DNA of 32,000 nt from assembly GCF_001457615.1 (NCBI RefSeq), contig NZ_LN831024.1, forward strand, positions 1,080,001 to 1,112,000, written 5' to 3'. Of the stretch, positions 1 through 8,516 are shown piece after piece; position 1 is the first letter of the stretch, and the number at the start of each line of letters is the position of its first letter. Source of the DNA: Pseudomonas aeruginosa (lineage in GTDB: Bacteria; Pseudomonadota; Gammaproteobacteria; Pseudomonadales; Pseudomonadaceae). The notes below the pieces were generated by a model that ran no database searches, was not told the origin of the DNA, and saw nothing but the letters and a program-made list of their open reading frames with translations. Made by a program: the position numbers and the translations under genes.

Positions 1-873
1 CGGCGCTCCGGCTTGGCCGAGCAGGCGCCGCAGACCGGCCAGCGATGGGTCTGGCGTTGCCCCGCCAAAATTCAGATGCTGCGGCAGGATTTCTTCCTTG
101 TCGCTGACCAGCAGGGCGAAGTGGACGACGTTTTCCAGCTCGCGGATGTTGCCTGGCCAGGGATAGCTCTCGAGGATCCGCTGGGTTTCCACGCCGATGG
201 CCGGCACCGGCAGGTCCAGGCGCTGGGCATAGACGCCGACGAAGTATTCCGCCAGCGGCAGGATGTCTCCCGGACGTTCGCGCAATGGCGGCAGGCTCAG
301 GCGGCCGTCGTGCAGGTATTGTTGCAGGCCGGCCAGGAACTTGCCGGCGCGCACCGCCTGGTCCAGGTCGACGCTGGTGGCGGTGACCAGGCGCACGTCA
401 TGGGGAATCGGCTGCTGCGCGCCGACCCGCAGCACCTCGCGTTCCTCCAGCGTCTGTAGCAGCCTGGCCTGCAGCGTCAGCGGCAGGTCGGCGATCTCGT
501 CCAGGTACAGGGTGCCGCCATTGGCCGAACCGAACCAGCCGGCGCGGCTGCCGACCGGGCCGTTATGGGCGCCGGGAGCGTAGCCGAACAGCTCGGCTTC
601 GGCATGGTTGCGACTGAGGGCGCTGCAACTGACCGCAACGAACAGACCGGCGCGTTCGCTGTGGCGGTGGATCTGCCGGGCGAGCAGCTCCTTGCCGGTG
701 CCGGTCTCGCCTTCGATCAGCACCGGCTGGCCCTGTGGCGCGAGGCGCTCGAGTTCTTCGCGGACCCGGTGCGAGCGTGGGTCGAAGAACACCAGGGCCT
801 TGGCGCGGATGCTCAGCGGACTGCGGTCGGCGTCGGGGAAGGTCAGCGGCGCGGGGCGTGGTTTCTCGCTCAT
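1..873 (-). CDS. Sigma-54-type AAA+ transcriptional regulator (partial, C-terminus off the left edge); GAFTGA motif replaced by GAHNGP
   Basis: Reverse-strand translation from ATG (complement of 871-873): MSEKPRPAPLTF... with Walker A GETGTGKE, ELFGYAPGAHNGPVGS, Walker B-region GGTLYLDEIADLPL, and RPGDILPLAEYF...YPWPGNIRELENVV. No large N-terminal sensor domain. Confidence 0.85.
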   Translation of the reverse strand, partial: MSEKPRPAPLTFPDADRSPLSIRAKALVFFDPRSHRVREELERLAPQGQPVLIEGETGTGKELLARQIHRHSERAGLFVAVSCSALSRNHAEAELFGYAPGAHNGPVGSRAGWFGSANGGTLYLDEIADLPLTLQARLLQTLEEREVLRVGAQQPIPHDVRLVTATSVDLDQAVRAGKFLAGLQQYLHDGRLSLPPLRERPGDILPLAEYFVGVYAQRLDLPVPAIGVETQRILESYPWPGNIRELENVVHFALLVSDKEEILPQHLNFGGATPDPSLAGLRRLLGQAGAP

Positions 874-1047
874 GGGTAACTCCTTGGCGGCACGGGGCGC
901 CTCCAGCGCCTGCGCCGCGACGACGGCCGGAACGGCTGCGGGCGGGGGCCGTTGCGGAAAAAGAAACGCCGGTGCAAGCCATGCGACACCGGCGTGAACA
1001 AGGGGCGCTGCAACGGCGCCCAGCGTGGGAGTCGGGACGGGCTGGGG

Positions 1048-1827
1048 TCAGAAGGCCGGGACCACCGCGCCGGCATATTTCTTCTCGATGAAGGCTTTCA
1101 CTTCCGGGCTGGTCAGCGCGGCGGAAAGCTTCTTCAGGGCGTCGCTATCCTTGTTGTCAGGACGCGCCACCAGGTAGTTCACATAGGGCGAATCGCGGTC
1201 TTCCAGGACCAGCGCGTCCTTGGCCGGGTTGAGCTTGGCCTCCAGCGCGTAGTTGGTGTTGATCAGGTCCAGGTCGACCTGGTCCAGCACGCGCGGCAAC
1301 AGGGCCGATTCGAGTTCCTTGAACTTCAGGTTCTTCGGGTTCTCGGCGATGTCCTTGGGCGTGGCCAGGGCGTTGTTCGGGTCCTTCAGCTTGAGCAGGC
1401 CGGCCTTCTGCAACAGCAGCAGGGCGCGCCCGCTGTTGCTGCCTTCGTTGGGGATGGCGACGGTGGCGCCGTCGGGCAGCTCGGCCAGCGACTTGTATTT
1501 CCTCGAATAGCCACCGAAGGGTTCGACGTGTACGCCGACCACGGTGACCAGGTTGGTGCCCTTGCCTTTGTTGAAGTTCTCCAGGTACGGCAGGGTCTGG
1601 AAGTAGTTGGCGTCCAGACGCTTCTCGGCGACCTGCACGTTGGGCTGCACGTAGTCGGTGAACACCTTGATCTGCAGGTCGACGCCTTCCTTCGCCAGGG
1701 TCGGCTTGATGAGTTCGAGGATTTCCGCGTGAGGGATCGGCGTGGCGGCGACGATGAGCTTTTCCGCGGCGCTGGCGGAAACGCTGATGACGGAGGCCAG
1801 GGCAGTCAGCAGGAGCAGTTTTTTCAT
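1048..1827 (-). CDS. MetQ/NlpA-family ABC transporter substrate-binding protein (259 aa), orphan in this window
   Basis: Signal peptide MKKLLLLTALASVISVSASAA, then EKLIVAATPIPHAEILELIKP..., ANYFQTLPYLENF, AIPNEGSNSGRALLLLQKAGLL, typical of NlpA/MetQ. No permease or ATPase gene adjacent. Confidence 0.85.
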   Translation of the reverse strand: MKKLLLLTALASVISVSASAAEKLIVAATPIPHAEILELIKPTLAKEGVDLQIKVFTDYVQPNVQVAEKRLDANYFQTLPYLENFNKGKGTNLVTVVGVHVEPFGGYSRKYKSLAELPDGATVAIPNEGSNSGRALLLLQKAGLLKLKDPNNALATPKDIAENPKNLKFKELESALLPRVLDQVDLDLINTNYALEAKLNPAKDALVLEDRDSPYVNYLVARPDNKDSDALKKLSAALTSPEVKAFIEKKYAGAVVPAF

Positions 1828-1925
1828 TCTTCGATCCTTGTAGGGCGATGTCCGCCGCTGCGCGCAGGGCGGTGAAGGAGGGGCGCCAACACGCGAGGGG
1901 CGGCTTGAAGGGGAGAGTAGCGACT

Positions 1926-1980
1926 CTTTTTATTCCATAAAAATATTATTTGTTTATTTTTATATTCCATGAATGAATAT
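1926..1980. promoter_or_regulatory. AT-rich intergenic patch with repeated TATTCCAT motifs, upstream of the MetQ-like gene
   Basis: ctttttattccataaaaatattatttgtttatttttatattccatgaatgaatat; TATTCCAT at 1931-1938 and 1963-1970. Confidence 0.4.
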
Positions 1981-2061
1981 GCGAGGGCTGAGGCAATTTG
2001 TCTCGCGACAACCGACCACAGCAGGACGGTCTAGGCTAACGGGTAAGATTTTCGTACCGAA

Positions 2062-2075
2062 TTGCTCTGCATCAA
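2062..2075 (+). promoter_or_regulatory. Candidate Anr/Fnr-type box upstream of cioA
   Basis: TTGCTctgcATCAA versus consensus TTGATnnnnATCAA (one mismatch), about 190 bp upstream of the cioA ATG. Confidence 0.45.
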
Positions 2076-2264
2076 GGCGGGTGGTCCGGGAATCTGCTTG
2101 CGACCCTTCCCGCATTCCTGCCATCCAGGGCTGCGGTCGCTTTCCAATGACAAGAACGATAGCTGAAGGATGTGTTCCAAAACCTTGCGTAGCGTTGCGC
2201 GTGAGGAAGCACGGCCGAATCCGCACGTAAGCCGGAAGGGCCGAGAACCTGAAGAGGAGTTGCC

Positions 2265-3731
2265 ATGTTCGGATTGGAGGCTATCGACCTTGCCCGCATC
2301 CAGTTCGCGTTCACCGTGTCCTTCCACATCATCTTCCCGGCGATCACCATCGGGTTGGCCAGCTACCTGGCCGTACTGGAAGGCCTCTGGCTGAAAACGA
2401 ACGAAGAGGTCTACCGCGACCTCTATCATTTCTGGTCGAAGATTTTCGCGGTCAACTTCGGCATGGGCGTGGTGTCCGGGCTGGTCATGGCGTACCAGTT
2501 CGGCACCAACTGGAGCCATTTCTCCGACTTCGCCGGGTCCATCACCGGTCCGCTGCTGACCTACGAGGTGCTCACCGCGTTCTTCCTCGAGGCCGGTTTC
2601 CTCGGGGTCATGCTGTTCGGCTGGAACCGCGTGGGACCGGGCCTGCATTTCTTCGCCACGGTGATGGTGGCGATCGGCACGCTGATCTCGACGTTCTGGA
2701 TCCTCGCTTCCAACAGCTGGATGCAGACCCCGCAGGGCTTCGAGATCGTCGACGGTCGGGTGATCCCGGTGGACTGGGTGGCGGTGATCTTCAACCCGTC
2801 GTTCCCCTACCGCCTGCTGCACATGTCGGTCGCCGCGTTCCTCGCCACCGCCTTCTTCGTCGGCGCCTCGGCCGCCTGGCACCTGCTGCGCGGGCGCGAC
2901 AACCCGGCGATCCGCAAGATGCTCTCGATGGCCATGTGGATGGCGCTGATCGTCGCCCCGGTACAGGCGCTGATCGGCGATGCCCATGGCCTCAACACCC
3001 TGGAGCACCAGCCGGCGAAGATCGCCGCGATGGAAGGCCACTGGGACAACAGCAGCGGCGAGCCGACCCCGCTGATCCTGTTCGGCTGGCCGGACATGCA
3101 GCGCGAGGAAACCCGCTTCAAGGTGGAGATCCCGGTGCTCGGCAGCCTGATCCTCAAGCACAGCCTGACCGAGCCGATCCCGGCGCTGAAGGACTTCCCG
3201 CCGGAAGACCGGCCGAACTCCACCGTGGTGTTCTGGTCGTTCCGGATCATGGCCGGCCTCGGCATGCTGATGATCCTGGTCGGCGTCTGGAGCCTGTGGC
3301 TGCGCTGGCGCGGCCAGGACAAGCTGTTCAACTCGAAGGCCTTCCTGCGCCTGACCCTGCTGATGGGACCGTCCGGCCTGATCGCGATCCTCGCCGGCTG
3401 GTTCACTACCGAGATGGGCCGCCAGCCCTGGGTGGTCTACGGGCTGATGCGCACCGCCGACGCCTCCTCGGCGCAGAGCGTGACGCAGATGAGCCTGACC
3501 CTGCTGACCTTCGTGGTGGTGTACTTCTCGCTGTTCGGCGTCGGCATCGGCTACATGATGCGCCTGGTGCGCAAGGGCCCGGTCACCCATGAGGGACGCG
3601 AGACCAACCCGGGAGGCGCCGGGCAGAAGCGCACGCCGGCGCGGCCGTTGTCGGCCGCCGGCGAAGGTTTCGACGAAGAGCACGACGGCCACGCGCAAGC
3701 GGCCGACCGCGACCAGGACAAGAGGAACTGA
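2265..3731 (+). CDS. cioA: Cyanide-insensitive terminal ubiquinol oxidase subunit I (bd-type)
   Basis: 488 aa; MFGLEAIDLARIQFAFTVSFHIIFPAITIGLASYLAVLEGLWL..., WILASNSWMQTPQGFEIVDGR, GRQPWVVYGLMRTADA, all characteristic of CydA/CioA. Confidence 0.97.
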   Translation: MFGLEAIDLARIQFAFTVSFHIIFPAITIGLASYLAVLEGLWLKTNEEVYRDLYHFWSKIFAVNFGMGVVSGLVMAYQFGTNWSHFSDFAGSITGPLLTYEVLTAFFLEAGFLGVMLFGWNRVGPGLHFFATVMVAIGTLISTFWILASNSWMQTPQGFEIVDGRVIPVDWVAVIFNPSFPYRLLHMSVAAFLATAFFVGASAAWHLLRGRDNPAIRKMLSMAMWMALIVAPVQALIGDAHGLNTLEHQPAKIAAMEGHWDNSSGEPTPLILFGWPDMQREETRFKVEIPVLGSLILKHSLTEPIPALKDFPPEDRPNSTVVFWSFRIMAGLGMLMILVGVWSLWLRWRGQDKLFNSKAFLRLTLLMGPSGLIAILAGWFTTEMGRQPWVVYGLMRTADASSAQSVTQMSLTLLTFVVVYFSLFGVGIGYMMRLVRKGPVTHEGRETNPGGAGQKRTPARPLSAAGEGFDEEHDGHAQAADRDQDKRN

Positions 3732-3734
3732 GAC

Positions 3735-4742
3735 ATGGGTATCGATCTTCCCCTCATCTGGGCGGTCATCATCATCTTCGGCATCATGATGTACGTGGTG
3801 ATGGACGGCTTCGACCTGGGCATCGGCATGCTCTATCCGTTCTTCAAGGACAGCGGCGACCGCGATGTGATGATGAACACCGTGGCGCCAGTCTGGGACG
3901 GCAACGAGACCTGGCTGGTGCTGGGCGGCGCGGCGCTGTTCGGGGCCTTCCCGCTGGCCTACGCGGTGGTCCTGTCGGCGCTCTACCTGCCGTTGATCTT
4001 CATGCTCGTCGGGCTGATCTTCCGCGGCGTCGCCTTCGAGTTCCGCTTCAAGGCCAAGCCGGCCAAGCAGCACATCTGGGACAAGGCGTTCATCGGCGGT
4101 TCGCTGGTGGCGACCTTCTTCCAGGGCGTGGCGCTGGGCGCCTTCATCGAAGGCATCCCGGTGGAGAACCGCAGCTTCGCCGGCGGTTCGCTGGACTGGA
4201 TCGCGCCGTTCCCGCTGTTCTGCGGCCTGGCCCTGATCGTCGCCTACACCCTGCTTGGCTGCACCTGGCTGATCATGAAGACCGAAGGCCGCCTGCAGGA
4301 GCGCATGCACGACCTGGCGCGCCCGCTGGCGCTGGTGCTGCTGGCGATCATCGGGGTGGTCAGCCTGTGGACGCCGCTGGCCCATGCCGAGATCGCCGCA
4401 CGCTGGTTCAGCCTGCCGAACCTGTTCTGGTTCCTGCCGGTGCCGATCCTGGTCCTGGTGACTTTCTATGCGCTGCTGCGCTCGGTGGCCAACAACGACC
4501 ACGTGAAGCCGTTCGTGCTCACCCTGGTGTTGATCTTCCTCGGCTACAGCGGCCTGGGGATCAGCCTGTGGCCGAACATCATCCCGCCGGCGGTGAGCAT
4601 CTGGGAGGCCTCGGCGCCGCCGCAGAGCCAGGGCTTCATGCTGGTCGGCGCGCTGTTCATCATTCCCTTCATCCTCGGCTACACCGCCTGGAGCTACTAC
4701 GTGTTCCGCGGCAAGGTGAAGCACGGCGATGGCTATCACTGA
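3735..4742 (+). CDS. cioB: Cyanide-insensitive terminal ubiquinol oxidase subunit II
   Basis: 335 aa; MGIDLPLIWAVIIIFGIMMYVVMDGFDLGIGMLYPF..., NETWLVLGGAALFGAFPLAYA; 3 bp after the cioA stop. Confidence 0.97.
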   Translation: MGIDLPLIWAVIIIFGIMMYVVMDGFDLGIGMLYPFFKDSGDRDVMMNTVAPVWDGNETWLVLGGAALFGAFPLAYAVVLSALYLPLIFMLVGLIFRGVAFEFRFKAKPAKQHIWDKAFIGGSLVATFFQGVALGAFIEGIPVENRSFAGGSLDWIAPFPLFCGLALIVAYTLLGCTWLIMKTEGRLQERMHDLARPLALVLLAIIGVVSLWTPLAHAEIAARWFSLPNLFWFLPVPILVLVTFYALLRSVANNDHVKPFVLTLVLIFLGYSGLGISLWPNIIPPAVSIWEASAPPQSQGFMLVGALFIIPFILGYTAWSYYVFRGKVKHGDGYH

Positions 4743-4755
4743 GGAGGCGCCGCAT

Positions 4756-4926
4756 ATGGTCCGTACGCCGAGTCATCCCGAACGAGATAGCGCGGCCAAA
4801 CCACCGCTCTGGCGACGCCTGGCCTGGCTGGCGGGTATCTGGACCGCCAGCGTGCTGGCCCTGGGCGTCGCCGCCTGGCTGATGCGCCTGTTCATGAGCG
4901 CGGCGGGGCTGGGCGTTCCGCACTGA
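4756..4926 (+). CDS. Small membrane protein (56 aa), DUF2474 / CydX-like companion of the CIO oxidase
   Basis: MVRTPSHPERDSAAKPPLWRRLAWLAGIWTASVLALGVAAWLMRLFMSAAGLGVPH; one TM helix; SD-like gaggag at 4741-4746 immediately after cioB. Confidence 0.75.
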   Translation: MVRTPSHPERDSAAKPPLWRRLAWLAGIWTASVLALGVAAWLMRLFMSAAGLGVPH

Positions 4927-4941
4927 TCGACGATCCCATCC

Positions 4942-4992
4942 GGGCGCTCCGGCGCCCTTTTCCGAGAGCCCTCCGCTGGAGGGCTTCTTTTT
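4942..4992 (+). terminator. Tandem hairpins; the second is a canonical rho-independent terminator for cioAB
   Basis: gggcgc-tccg-gcgccc-ttt, then agccctcc-gct-ggagggct followed by tcttttt. Confidence 0.85.
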
Positions 4993-5011
4993 GTCCGCCG
5001 ATCCGCCAGTG

Positions 5012-5224
5012 CTCGGTGTTGCGCCGTAGGGCGTCAATCCTCGCGTTCCCGCCTTGCACCATCCAGGCCGGTTCGGCGGATAACCGCGCTGCGGTTATGC
5101 GCCCTACGGGAGCCTTGGCGGCGGATGCGCCCTAGCGGCGCCTTGGTAGGGCGAATGACGCCGCAGGCGTTATCCGCCGATTCGCGGTTGCTTGGCGTTG
5201 CGCCGTGGGGCATCAGTCCTCGCG
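5012..5224. repeat. REP/BIME-like cluster: inverted pair (5074-5108, 5146-5180) inside a ~34-bp imperfect direct repeat (5012-5045, 5191-5224)
   Basis: cggcggataaccgcgctgcggttatgcgccctacg inverted relative to gtagggcgaatgacgccgcaggcgttatccgccga; ctcggtgttgcgccgtagggcgtcaatcctcgcg versus cttggcgttgcgccgtggggcatcagtcctcgcg (29/34 identical). Confidence 0.8.
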
Positions 5225-6046
5225 GCCCCTGACCCGTGCCAGTTGCTCCAGTCGCCCCAGGTAGTCGCGCGGGGTTTCGCCGAGCAGGCGGCGGAACATG
5301 CTGCTGAAGGCCCGCGTACTGCCATAGCCGAGGTCGCGGGCGACCACCTGCACGCTGTCGCCGGCCAGCAGGCGCGGCAGGGCTTCGGTCAGGCGCAGTT
5401 GCTGGCGCCACTCATGGAAGCTCATCTGCAATTCCTGGGCGAACAGCCGCGCCAGGGTGCGCGAGCTGGCGCCGACCCGCAGGCCCCAGTCATCGAGGGT
5501 CAGCCCCAGTTCCGGCTGTTTCAGCAATGCCTGGCAGATCGCCTGCAAGCGGCGGTCGCGGGGCATCGGCAGGTACAGCGGCATCCGTTCGAGGTTGGCG
5601 ATCTCGCTGAGGATCAGCCCTTGCAGGCGCTGGCGGAAGTCGTCCAGGCGCGGCTGGCTCTCGAGGTGGATGGCGCGCAGGATCATTTCCCGCAGCAGCG
5701 GCGTCACCGCCAGTACGCAACAGTCGCTTAGCGGTGTCGGCGTTTCGGGTTGCTCGATGAACAGGGTGCGCATGTGCACCTCGCCGGACATGAATATCTC
5801 GTGCTCCACCCGGGGCGGAATCCATACCGCGCGGGTCGGCGGGATCACCCAGGCGCCGTGGTGGGTGGCCAGGCGCATCAGGCCGCGAGCGGCGTAGAGG
5901 AACTGCGCCTGCGGGTGGAAATGCCGCCCCAGGTGATGGCTGTCGGGGAAGTCGAGGGAGATGGCGGCCAGCAGGCCGTCCGGGCGGTGCTCGATCAGCA
6001 TGTCCGTTTCGATGACCTCGCTGTCCTGTCTGCGCTTTTCGGTCAA
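5213..6046 (-). CDS. AraC-family transcriptional regulator with N-terminal cupin-type domain (277 aa)
   Basis: HFHPQAQFLYAARGLMRLATHHGAWVIPPTRAVWIPP...; C-terminal LRVGASSRTLARLFAQELQMSFHEWRQQLRLTEALPRLLAG...VARDLGYGSTRAFSSMFRRLLGETPRDYL. Confidence 0.92.
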   Translation of the reverse strand: MTEKRRQDSEVIETDMLIEHRPDGLLAAISLDFPDSHHLGRHFHPQAQFLYAARGLMRLATHHGAWVIPPTRAVWIPPRVEHEIFMSGEVHMRTLFIEQPETPTPLSDCCVLAVTPLLREMILRAIHLESQPRLDDFRQRLQGLILSEIANLERMPLYLPMPRDRRLQAICQALLKQPELGLTLDDWGLRVGASSRTLARLFAQELQMSFHEWRQQLRLTEALPRLLAGDSVQVVARDLGYGSTRAFSSMFRRLLGETPRDYLGRLEQLARVRGRED

Positions 6047-6102
6047 CCTATCATGCCCGGGTCATGACGCCCATTCCTCACCGACCATTCAGACCGCACG
6101 CC

Positions 6103-7284
6103 ATGAACCGACCTCGAACCGTTATCCGCTTCATCAACGCCGCGCATGTCATCGACCACATGTTCATGCTGATCTTCCCCGCCGCCGTGCTCGGCATGGC
6201 CGGCAGCTTCGACCTCGACTACGCCGGTCTGATCGGCCTGTCGCTGGGCGGTTTCATCGCCTTCGGCGCCTGTTCGCTGCCGGCTGGCTGGCTGGGCGAT
6301 ACCTGGAGCCGGCGGCGGATGATGCTGCTGTTCTTCTTCGGCATCGGCGCCGCCGCGCTGCTCACCGGGCTGGCCGGCAGCGTACCGATGCTGGTGACCG
6401 GGCTGACCCTGATCGGGGTGTTCGCCGCGATCTACCACCCGGTCGGCACCGCGATGCTGGTGGCACACGCGGAGAACCGCGGCCGCGAGATCGGCATCAA
6501 CGGCATGTGGGGTAACCTCGGGGTCGCCTTCGCCGCGCTGCTTACCGGCTTTCTCACCGCGCACTTCGGTTGGCGTGCGGCGTTCATCCTGCCCGGCGGG
6601 GTGGCCATCCTGCTCGGCATCGGCTTTTTCTTCTGCGTGCGCGAGGAGCCATCGCCGCACCTGTCGGCCAAGGCCGCGGCGCGTGGCGAGGACAGCGAGG
6701 GCCTGTCGATGCGCCGGGTGTTCGGCGTGCTGGCGCTGGTCACCGCCACCGGCGGGGTGGTGTTCAACGCCAGCACCGTGACCTACCCGAAGCTGTTCCA
6801 GGAGCGCCTGAGCGACTTGCTGGCGTCGCCGCAGACCCTCGGCGTGGTGGTCAGCCTGGCCTATGCCTTCGGCGCGGTGGCGCAACTGATCATGGGGCGC
6901 CTGATCGATCGCCTGAACCTGAAGTTGCCGTTCGTCTTCCTCACCTTCTGCCAGGTGCCGCTGCTGCTGGCCCTGGCCTACGGCCACGGCAGCGCAGTGG
7001 TGCTGTTCGGCGCGCTGTTCATGTTCGCGGTGTTCGGCCAGGTGACGGTGAACGATGCGATGGTCGCCCACTTTGTCGCGCCGCAGTGGCAGGCGCGGGT
7101 CTTCGCCCTGCGCTATTTCCTGTCGTTCGGCGCCAGCGCGGCGGCGATCCCGATGATCGCCTACCTGGAGCCACGGCAGGGGCTGCTGGGGTTGTACCTG
7201 GTACTGGCGGGCTTCGCCGCGCTGACCTTCGCCGCGGCGCTGGTGTTTCCGCGTCCGGCGCGCAGCGCCGCGGTGGGCACCTGA
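6103..7284 (+). CDS. Major facilitator superfamily transporter
   Basis: MNRPRTVIRFINAAHVIDHMFMLIFPAAVLGMAGSFDLDYAGL..., GDTWSRRRMM loop, 10-12 hydrophobic segments. Start at 6103 chosen over the track's 6064. Confidence 0.88.
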   Translation: MNRPRTVIRFINAAHVIDHMFMLIFPAAVLGMAGSFDLDYAGLIGLSLGGFIAFGACSLPAGWLGDTWSRRRMMLLFFFGIGAAALLTGLAGSVPMLVTGLTLIGVFAAIYHPVGTAMLVAHAENRGREIGINGMWGNLGVAFAALLTGFLTAHFGWRAAFILPGGVAILLGIGFFFCVREEPSPHLSAKAAARGEDSEGLSMRRVFGVLALVTATGGVVFNASTVTYPKLFQERLSDLLASPQTLGVVVSLAYAFGAVAQLIMGRLIDRLNLKLPFVFLTFCQVPLLLALAYGHGSAVVLFGALFMFAVFGQVTVNDAMVAHFVAPQWQARVFALRYFLSFGASAAAIPMIAYLEPRQGLLGLYLVLAGFAALTFAAALVFPRPARSAAVGT

Positions 7285-7340
7285 GGAAGAGGGCGCCCGG
7301 ACAGCGCGAGCCGGCCGGGCGCCGATGGCTCAACGCCGTA

Positions 7341-8516
7341 TCAGAGCAGTTCGAGCGCCACGGCGGTGGCTTCGCCGCCGCCGATGCACAGCGAGGCGAC
7401 GCCGCGCTTGCCGCCTTTCTGGCGCAGGGCGTTGATCAGGGTGAGGATGATCCGCGAGCCGGTGGAACCGACCGGATGGCCCTGGGCGCAGGCGCCGCCA
7501 TAGACATTGACCTTGGCATGATCGAGGCCGTGTTCGCGCATGGCGAGCATGGTGACCATGGCGAAGGCTTCGTTGATCTCGAACAGGTCGACGTCGTCCT
7601 TGCTCCAGCCGGTCCTGGCGAACAGGTTGGTCATCGCGCCGATCGGCGCCAGGGTGAACTCGCTCGGGTCCTGGCTCTGGGTGGCATGGCCGACGATTCG
7701 CGCCAGCGGCTTCAGGCCACGGCGCTGGGCTTCCTCGGCGGTCATCAGGACCAGCGCGGAGGCGCCGTCGGAGATCGAGCTGGCATTGGCGGCGGTGATG
7801 GTACCGTCCTTGCGGAACGCCGGCCTGAGGCTCGGGATCTTCTCCAGGTTGGCGGTCAGCGGTTGCTCGTCGTCCTTCACCACGCTCTCGCCCTTGCGGC
7901 TGGTGACGGTGACCGGGACGATTTCCGCCGCCAGCGAGCCATCGGCGATGGCGGCCTGGGCGCGCTTGAGCGATTCGATGGCATAGGCGTCCATCTCCTC
8001 GCGGGTCACGCCGTACTTGTCGGCGGTCTCCTGGGCGAACGAACCCATCAAACGGCCGGTACGGGCGTCCTCCAGGCCGTCGAGGAACATGTGGTCCTTG
8101 ATCTCGCCGTGGCCCATGCGCAGGCCGCTGCGGGCTTTCTCCAGGACATAGGGCGCGTTGGACATGCTTTCCATGCCACCGGCGACCATCACCTGGTTGG
8201 TGCCAGCCTTGAGCAGGTCGTGGGCCAGCATCACCGCCTTCATCCCCGAGCCGCACAGCTTGTTGATGGTGGTGCAGCCGGTGGCGGCGGGCAGGCCGGC
8301 CGCCAGCGCGGCCTGGCGGGCCGGGCCCTGCTTCAGGCCGGCGGGCAGGACGCAACCCATGATCACTTCCTGTACGTCCTCGGCGGCGATGCCGGCGCGC
8401 TGCACCGCTTCGCGGATCACGACGGCACCCAGGTCGACCGCGGAAACGCCGGCCAGGCTGCCCTGGAAGCCGCCCATGGGAGTACGGGCGCCGGCGACGA
8501 TGACGATATCGGACAT
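7341..8516 (-). CDS. Acetyl-CoA acetyltransferase / thiolase (391 aa)
   Basis: MSDIVIVAGARTPMGGFQGSLAG, TTINKLCGSGMKAVMLA, NPSGG-equivalent NVYGGACAQGHPVGSTGSR, C-terminal ASLCIGGGEATAVALE. Confidence 0.95.
   Translation of the reverse strand: MSDIVIVAGARTPMGGFQGSLAGVSAVDLGAVVIREAVQRAGIAAEDVQEVIMGCVLPAGLKQGPARQAALAAGLPAATGCTTINKLCGSGMKAVMLAHDLLKAGTNQVMVAGGMESMSNAPYVLEKARSGLRMGHGEIKDHMFLDGLEDARTGRLMGSFAQETADKYGVTREEMDAYAIESLKRAQAAIADGSLAAEIVPVTVTSRKGESVVKDDEQPLTANLEKIPSLRPAFRKDGTITAANASSISDGASALVLMTAEEAQRRGLKPLARIVGHATQSQDPSEFTLAPIGAMTNLFARTGWSKDDVDLFEINEAFAMVTMLAMREHGLDHAKVNVYGGACAQGHPVGSTGSRIILTLINALRQKGGKRGVASLCIGGGEATAVALELL

Noticed and set aside
2031-4739. 902-aa minus-strand ORF antisense to cioAB
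   Set aside because: Antisense shadow of well-conserved cioA/cioB; histidine/glutamine-rich composition is diagnostic of reverse-strand high-GC readthrough.
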